From an uncultured Candidatus Saccharibacteria bacterium (lineage in GTDB: Bacteria; Patescibacteriota; Minisyncoccia; UBA6257; JAKLIH01): a DNA stretch of 32,516 nt. The notes beneath the pieces are model-generated. The model was given only the letters and a program-made list of their open reading frames with translations. It did no database searches and was not told the DNA's origin. Location: the NCBI GenBank assembly GCA_964502205.1, contig CAZCTX010000001.1, forward strand, positions 9,974 through 42,489. Direction: 5' to 3'. Shown here in pieces: positions 28,314 to 32,516 of the stretch (the first letter of the stretch is position 1; each line of letters begins with the position of its first letter). The position numbers and the translations under genes were made by a program.

Positions 28314-28342
28314 TTGATTTTAGTAGCTAAATTTGCTAAAAT
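28314..28342 (+). promoter_or_regulatory. internal cluster promoter candidate: TTGATT, 17 nt, TAAAAT
   Basis: TTGATT at 28314-28319, TAAAAT at 28337-28342, 28 nt before the ATG at 28371. Confidence 0.5.
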
Positions 28343-28370
28343 TTACAAAACACTAATAACGCAAGCATAT

Positions 28371-29453
28371 ATGAAGATAATGACTGTCATGGGTACAAGG
28401 CCAGAAATTATAAGATTAAGTGTTCTGCTAAAAGCCTTTGAAAATTACGGAATAGACAATTTTACCATTTATACAAACCAAAACTTTCACGAAAGTTTAT
28501 CAACTATTTTTATTGAAGAATTGGGAGTTAAAATTGATCATTTTATTGATAAATGCCCGAACACTGATTTAAAAAAATGAATTGAAAACTTAAATTTCAA
28601 TATAGAAAAACTTATTAAAGAATATCGTCCTGATTTTTTTCTTGTTTTAGGCGACACTAATAGCGCATTATCGGCGTTTGTAGCAAAAAAATACGAAATA
28701 CCCATAGTTCATTTGGAATCAGGCAACAGAAGTTTTGATATGAAAATGCCGGAAGAAAGAAATCGGATTCAAATTGACCATATAAGTGATTTTCTTTTGC
28801 CTTATACTGAAAATTCAAAAGAAAATTTAATAAGGGAAGGGGTTGACGAAAAAAAAATTTTTGTATCTGGCAATCCAATTGTTGATGTTTTAAGCGAATA
28901 CAGTGGCAAAATAAAAAAAAGTAAGATCTTAAAAGAACTAAATCTTAAACCTCAAGAATACTTCCTGGTCACAATACATCGCAATGAAAATACAGAAAAT
29001 AATTTAATATTAAAAAACATAGTTGAAGGAATCAATTTGGTTTCCAGCCACTATCATATGCCCGTAATTTGAGGTATGCACCCGCGCACAAATTCAAAGA
29101 TACAAGATAGCAATCTTGTTTTTGACAAAAATGTAAAGATTCTTAGTTCGTTTGATTTTTTTAATTTTGTTATGTTGGAACAAAATGCATATATGATTTT
29201 AACCGATAGTGGCACTGTTCAAGAAGAAGCCTCTCTGTTTAATGTACCGACCGTAACGGTGAGAAATAGCACCGAAAGACCTGAGACAATTTGGTGCAAG
29301 TCCAATATTCTAAGTGGCACAGAGAATCCAAATAAAATTCTAGAGGCAACAAAAGTTATGGCTGTTGCAGATAAAAATTGAATATCTCCATATATTAAAG
29401 ATAGTGGTTTTTCAAACAGAGTAATTAATTTTTTAAAAAATACTTTTAAATAA
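28371..29453 (+). CDS. non-hydrolysing UDP-N-acetylhexosamine 2-epimerase (WecB/FnlC/WbvD-like)
   Basis: Starts MKIMTVMGTRPEIIRL. Fragments are joined by TGAs at 28578, 29070 and 29379. Motifs LVLGDTNSAL, HLESGNRSFD...PEERNR, [TGA]GMHPRT, TDSGTVQEEA. TAA at 29451-29453. Confidence 0.88.
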
Positions 29454-29460
29454 AGATATT

Positions 29461-30360
29461 ATGAAAATATTAATAACAGGAGGGACAGGAACCATTGGGA
29501 AGGCATTATTAAAAAAACTCAGTCCGACAAATGAGCTTGTTGTTTTTTCCAGAGATGAGCTTAAGCAATCTCAATTAAAGGCAGACTATCCGAACGTAAA
29601 ATTTATTATCGGTGATGTCAGGGATTATTCCTCTGTAAAAAAAGCTTTTATGGGCATGGACGCTATAATACATGCTGCTGCCATGAAAAGAATAGAGGTT
29701 TGCGAGGAACACCCAATGGAGGCCATCAAAACAAATGTTATTGGTACGGAAAACGTAGTCAACGTTGCCCGAGAATTGGGAATTAAAAAATTAATAAGTA
29801 TAGGCTCTGATAAAGGCGTTGAGCCTGTCAACGCTTATGGAATGACAAAAGCGTTACAAGAAGTCATAACTACAAACGCTGGCTTCAACTGTGCAAGATA
29901 CGGAAATGTATTCTCAAGCCGAGGAAGCGTAGTCCCTTTATTTTTACATCAAAAGTCTCAAAACATGCCTCTTACAATAACTAACCCAGAAATGACTCGC
30001 TTTATTCTTACTATTGACGACGCAACGGAAATAATTTTAAAGGCGATTGAAAGCGACATGAAAGGTAATATTTTCGTAAAAAAATCTCCTGCTACGGCTA
30101 TAAAAGATATTGCGAGCGCGATAAGCGATAATACGAAGATAATTGGATCGTTTTTTTGTGAGAAAATGCATGAGACTCTAATCTCTAACGAAGAAATGGC
30201 TAGAACAGAGGATGTTGGCGATTATTATATAATTCATAGAGACAAAAATAGTGTTTCGAAAAAACAAAATGAAGAGAAAAAATATTCTTCTGATGGCGTA
30301 ACTCTACTGACCGTTGATGAGATAAAAAACTACATAAGTATTTATTATGAGGATAAATAA
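29461..30360 (+). CDS. UDP-GlcNAc 4,6-dehydratase/5-epimerase (CapE/FnlA/WbjB/WbvB-like short-chain dehydratase)
   Basis: Motifs ITGGTGTIGK, SRDELKQ, IGDVRD, IHAAAMK, IGTENV, YGMTKA, RYGNVFSSRGSVVPLF, MTRF, and a C-terminal GDYY...LLTVDEIK segment resembling CapE as I remember it. Confidence 0.85.
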   Translation: MKILITGGTGTIGKALLKKLSPTNELVVFSRDELKQSQLKADYPNVKFIIGDVRDYSSVKKAFMGMDAIIHAAAMKRIEVCEEHPMEAIKTNVIGTENVVNVARELGIKKLISIGSDKGVEPVNAYGMTKALQEVITTNAGFNCARYGNVFSSRGSVVPLFLHQKSQNMPLTITNPEMTRFILTIDDATEIILKAIESDMKGNIFVKKSPATAIKDIASAISDNTKIIGSFFCEKMHETLISNEEMARTEDVGDYYIIHRDKNSVSKKQNEEKKYSSDGVTLLTVDEIKNYISIYYEDK

Positions 30361-31216
30361 AAAAACAGTTGCAATAATAGCTCCGACCGGAATGTTGGGA
30401 TCCGGTGTTTATTCTATCTTAAAAGATAAGTATAAATTGGTACTAATATATAGAAATAATGATAAGTTAGAATTATTGGATAAAAAATATGGCAAAGTAG
30501 CTGAGCAAAAAAACATTTGTTTTAATATAGAGTCTCTTATGCAAAACCCTGAACAAATAAAAGGTTTGATAAAAAAAATTGGGACAATTGATTCAATCAT
30601 TAATTGCTCTGGGATTATTAATAAATATGCAGATAAAGACATAAAAAAAACATTTTTTATCAATGCAGATTTTCCAAACTTGTTAAGCGATTATTATGAG
30701 GATAAGCTAATTCAAATCACAACCGATTGTGTTTACAACGGTATGGACGGTTTCCCTTATAACGAAAACTCTAGAATAACGTCTTTGGATTCATATGGAA
30801 TTTCTAAATATTTGGGAGAGCCCCAAAAAAGCCTCACATTAAGAACGTCTATTGTGGGAGAGGAGTTGTCTGGCTCCGCATCTTTGTTAGAATGGTTTAA
30901 ATCTAACAATAATAAAACTGTAATGGGGTATGCAAAACACTACTGGAATGGAATTACAGCACGAGAATATGGGCGAATTTGCGATACTATTATAAAAAAT
31001 CGAAAACAATTTCCTAAAAACGGAACTTACCACGTTTTTAGCGAAAAAGTGTCAAAATACGAAATGTTAAAAAGTTTTAAAGAAAAGTATGGATTAAATA
31101 TAAAAATAATTAAGGACACGGAAAAGTTTTGTGATAGAACTCTGTCTACAATTTATCCAGTACAAAAAAAATTAAAAATAAATTCTTTTAAAAAAATGAT
31201 TCAAGACTTAAATTAA
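30347..31216 (+). CDS. RmlD-like NAD(P)-dependent sugar-nucleotide 4-reductase (WbvR/FnlB-role candidate)
   Basis: 289 aa. Rossmann N-terminus AIIAPTGMLGSG, catalytic YGISK. Overlaps the upstream gene by 14 nt. Confidence 0.7.
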   Translation: MRINKKTVAIIAPTGMLGSGVYSILKDKYKLVLIYRNNDKLELLDKKYGKVAEQKNICFNIESLMQNPEQIKGLIKKIGTIDSIINCSGIINKYADKDIKKTFFINADFPNLLSDYYEDKLIQITTDCVYNGMDGFPYNENSRITSLDSYGISKYLGEPQKSLTLRTSIVGEELSGSASLLEWFKSNNNKTVMGYAKHYWNGITAREYGRICDTIIKNRKQFPKNGTYHVFSEKVSKYEMLKSFKEKYGLNIKIIKDTEKFCDRTLSTIYPVQKKLKINSFKKMIQDLN

Positions 31217-31217
31217 T

Positions 31218-32441
31218 ATGAGAATACTTATAGTTACACAAAATTTCCCACCCGATATAGGCGGGGCAGCCATAAGATTATCTGGATATGCCGAACATTT
31301 AACAAAATTGGGGCACCAGGTTTGTGTTTTGTGCGCGAACCCTATTTACCCTCGTGGTAGAATATTCGAAGGGTACAAAAATAAATGATTTCAAAAAGAG
31401 CAAAAGAATGGATACGAAATAATAAGAACCTGAATATTGCCGGTAAAGCCAAGTAGTCACTTTTTTTTAAGACTCTTATCCTATAACTCTTTTGTTGTGT
31501 CCGCTTGCTTTGCTTTATTAAAAATCAAAAAACCTAATTTGACAATTTCGGCGACCCCTTCTTTTTTTGCATCTTTTGTCAGTATATTTAATAAAAATTT
31601 ACGTGGCGGGAAATTAATACTGGATATAACAGACGTGTGGCCTGATTCTGCGATAGCAACTGGCTTTATGAAAAAAGGTTTTTTGTTTTTTTTCGCAAAA
31701 AAAATAGAGCAATGGATTTATAGACAAGCAGATCATATAACTTGTGGTTCGTTGGGTACTAAAAAAGAATTACTTAAAAATAAAAATCTATTAAATAAAA
31801 TCGAAGTAATTCCCGATGCAATTGATGCCAACATTTTTTCAAGTATTACCGAAGAAGAGGGTATTACAAATAAATTTAATTTAAATAACAAATTTGTTGT
31901 TGGCTTTACAGGGTTAATGGGATTCGCTCAAAATGTAAAGATGCTAGCTTTAGTTGCAGAAAAATTAATAAATTACAAGGATATTGTTTTTTTGCTGGTA
32001 GGAGATGGCGGGATGAAAGAAGGGGCGGAAGCGTTTTGTAAAAAAAATAATTTAGTAAATGTAGTATTTATTGGTGAAAAACCTTATTCAGAAATGCCCA
32101 AATATATTAAATGTTTTGACATAGGGTTAGTCACATTAAAAAACGAGCCTTTGTTCGAAAACTCTGTTCCGTCTAAGTTATTTCATTACTGAGCCGGCGG
32201 AAAGCCCGTTATAATAAATCTTAAAGGCGTTGCTTCGGACATAATTCAAAATGCAAATGGCGGAATACTTTGCAGAGAAGATGACGCCGAAGATATGGCA
32301 AACAAAATATTGTTTTTATATACGCATCGTATAGAGGCAAACCTTCTTGGGAAAAATGGACAAGCTTATGTTTACGAAAATTATAGTCGTGATAAAATAG
32401 TGCAAAAACTGAATGATCTTATAAATAAATTAAATAATTAA
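31218..32441 (+). CDS. family-4 glycosyltransferase, WbuB-like
   Basis: Starts MRILIVTQNFPPDIGGAAIR. TGAs at 31386, 31431 and 32190 join the fragments. Motifs DVWPDS and PSKLFHY[TGA]AGGKPVI. TAA at 32439-32441. Confidence 0.85.
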
Positions 32442-32463
32442 ATTGTTGTTTAAAACGCGAGGC

Positions 32464-32491
32464 TTGATTTCTATCAAAAATTTGCTATAAT
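32464..32491 (+). promoter_or_regulatory. promoter candidate: TTGATT, 16 nt, TATAAT
   Basis: TTGATT at 32464-32469, TATAAT at 32486-32491, 9 nt before the truncated tRNA. Confidence 0.5.
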
Positions 32492-32500
32492 CTTACTAAT

Positions 32501-32516
32501 GCCCAGGTGGCGGAAC
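32501..32516 (+). tRNA. 5' end of a tRNA (probably type II, Leu/Ser-like), cut by the window edge
   Basis: GCCCAGGTGGCGGAAC parallels the 5' ends of the two tRNA-Leu genes (GCCGAAGTGGCGGAAT...). Identity cannot be determined. Confidence 0.5.

Noticed and set aside
1-32516. The fragmented ORFs could mean widespread pseudogenisation or a poor assembly.
   Set aside because: The interruptions are always TGA and never TAA, TAG or a frameshift. Fragments stay in frame across up to 10 interruptions. Essential genes (ftsH, rplS, pth, gpmI) are affected, and catalytic motifs on both sides of the breaks are intact.
1-32516. TGA could encode Gly (table 25) or selenocysteine.
   Set aside because: Against Gly: TGA positions that I can compare with a family consensus are aromatic/Trp or hydrophobic, not invariant Gly. 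One paralog pair shows TGG opposite TGA. Without TGA, the Trp content would be only about 0.24%. Only one site (GT2, LF[TGA]F at 11968) could fit Gly. Against Sec: 57 sites in ordinary proteins, with no Cys-type active-site context, is implausible. This rejection is provisional until a formal column analysis is done.
1-32516. A CRISPR array, prophage, transposon or integrase at the tRNA-flanked regions.
   Set aside because: I found no direct-repeat/spacer periodicity, no recombinase-like or transposase-like ORFs, and no duplicated tRNA 3' ends that would serve as att sites.

Overview
This is a gene-dense, AT-rich (about 30% GC by eye) bacterial chromosomal segment. The supplied ORF track assumes TGA is a stop codon, and that assumption breaks most genes into pieces. 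Every break between co-linear fragments is a TGA. Reading TGA as a sense codon restores 31 full-length genes. By my hand count there are 57 in-frame TGAs in 23 genes, and every gene then ends at TAA or TAG. Trp (table-4-like) fits best; Gly (table 25) fits poorly. All coordinates below use the recoded reading. Housekeeping genes are infB (short form), rbfA, ftsH, an RluA-family pseudouridine synthase, rplS, uvrC (short form), gpmI, a DksA/TraR zinc-finger protein, an HtrA-like protease, secG, RNase J and pth. Envelope genes include two tandem VirB2/TrbC-like pilin paralogs, a CxxC thioredoxin-fold protein, a GT2 gene next to a YfhO-like membrane glycosyltransferase, an orphan family-5 solute-binding protein, a Gmad2-like protein and an LCP protein. 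A 7.6-kb surface-glycan cluster is bracketed by tRNA genes (Wzx flippase, FkbM methyltransferase, two GT4 genes, and a three-gene UDP-2-acetamido-2,6-dideoxy-L-hexose set). There are eight complete tRNAs (Cys-GCA, Ile-UAU, Val-GAC, Leu-GAG, Gly-GCC, Leu-CAG, Arg-UCU, Pro-UGG) and one tRNA cut by the window edge. None has a UCA anticodon. Almost every transcription unit has a near-consensus TTGACA-like box, a 16-17 nt spacer and a TATAAT-like box, and many end in clear hairpin plus T-run terminators. Shine-Dalgarno sequences are essentially absent, except before one compositionally atypical orphan gene at 24238-24570. I saw no CRISPR array, rRNA, transposase or integrase. Family calls rest on motifs recognised by eye and remembered family consensus; no searches were run.
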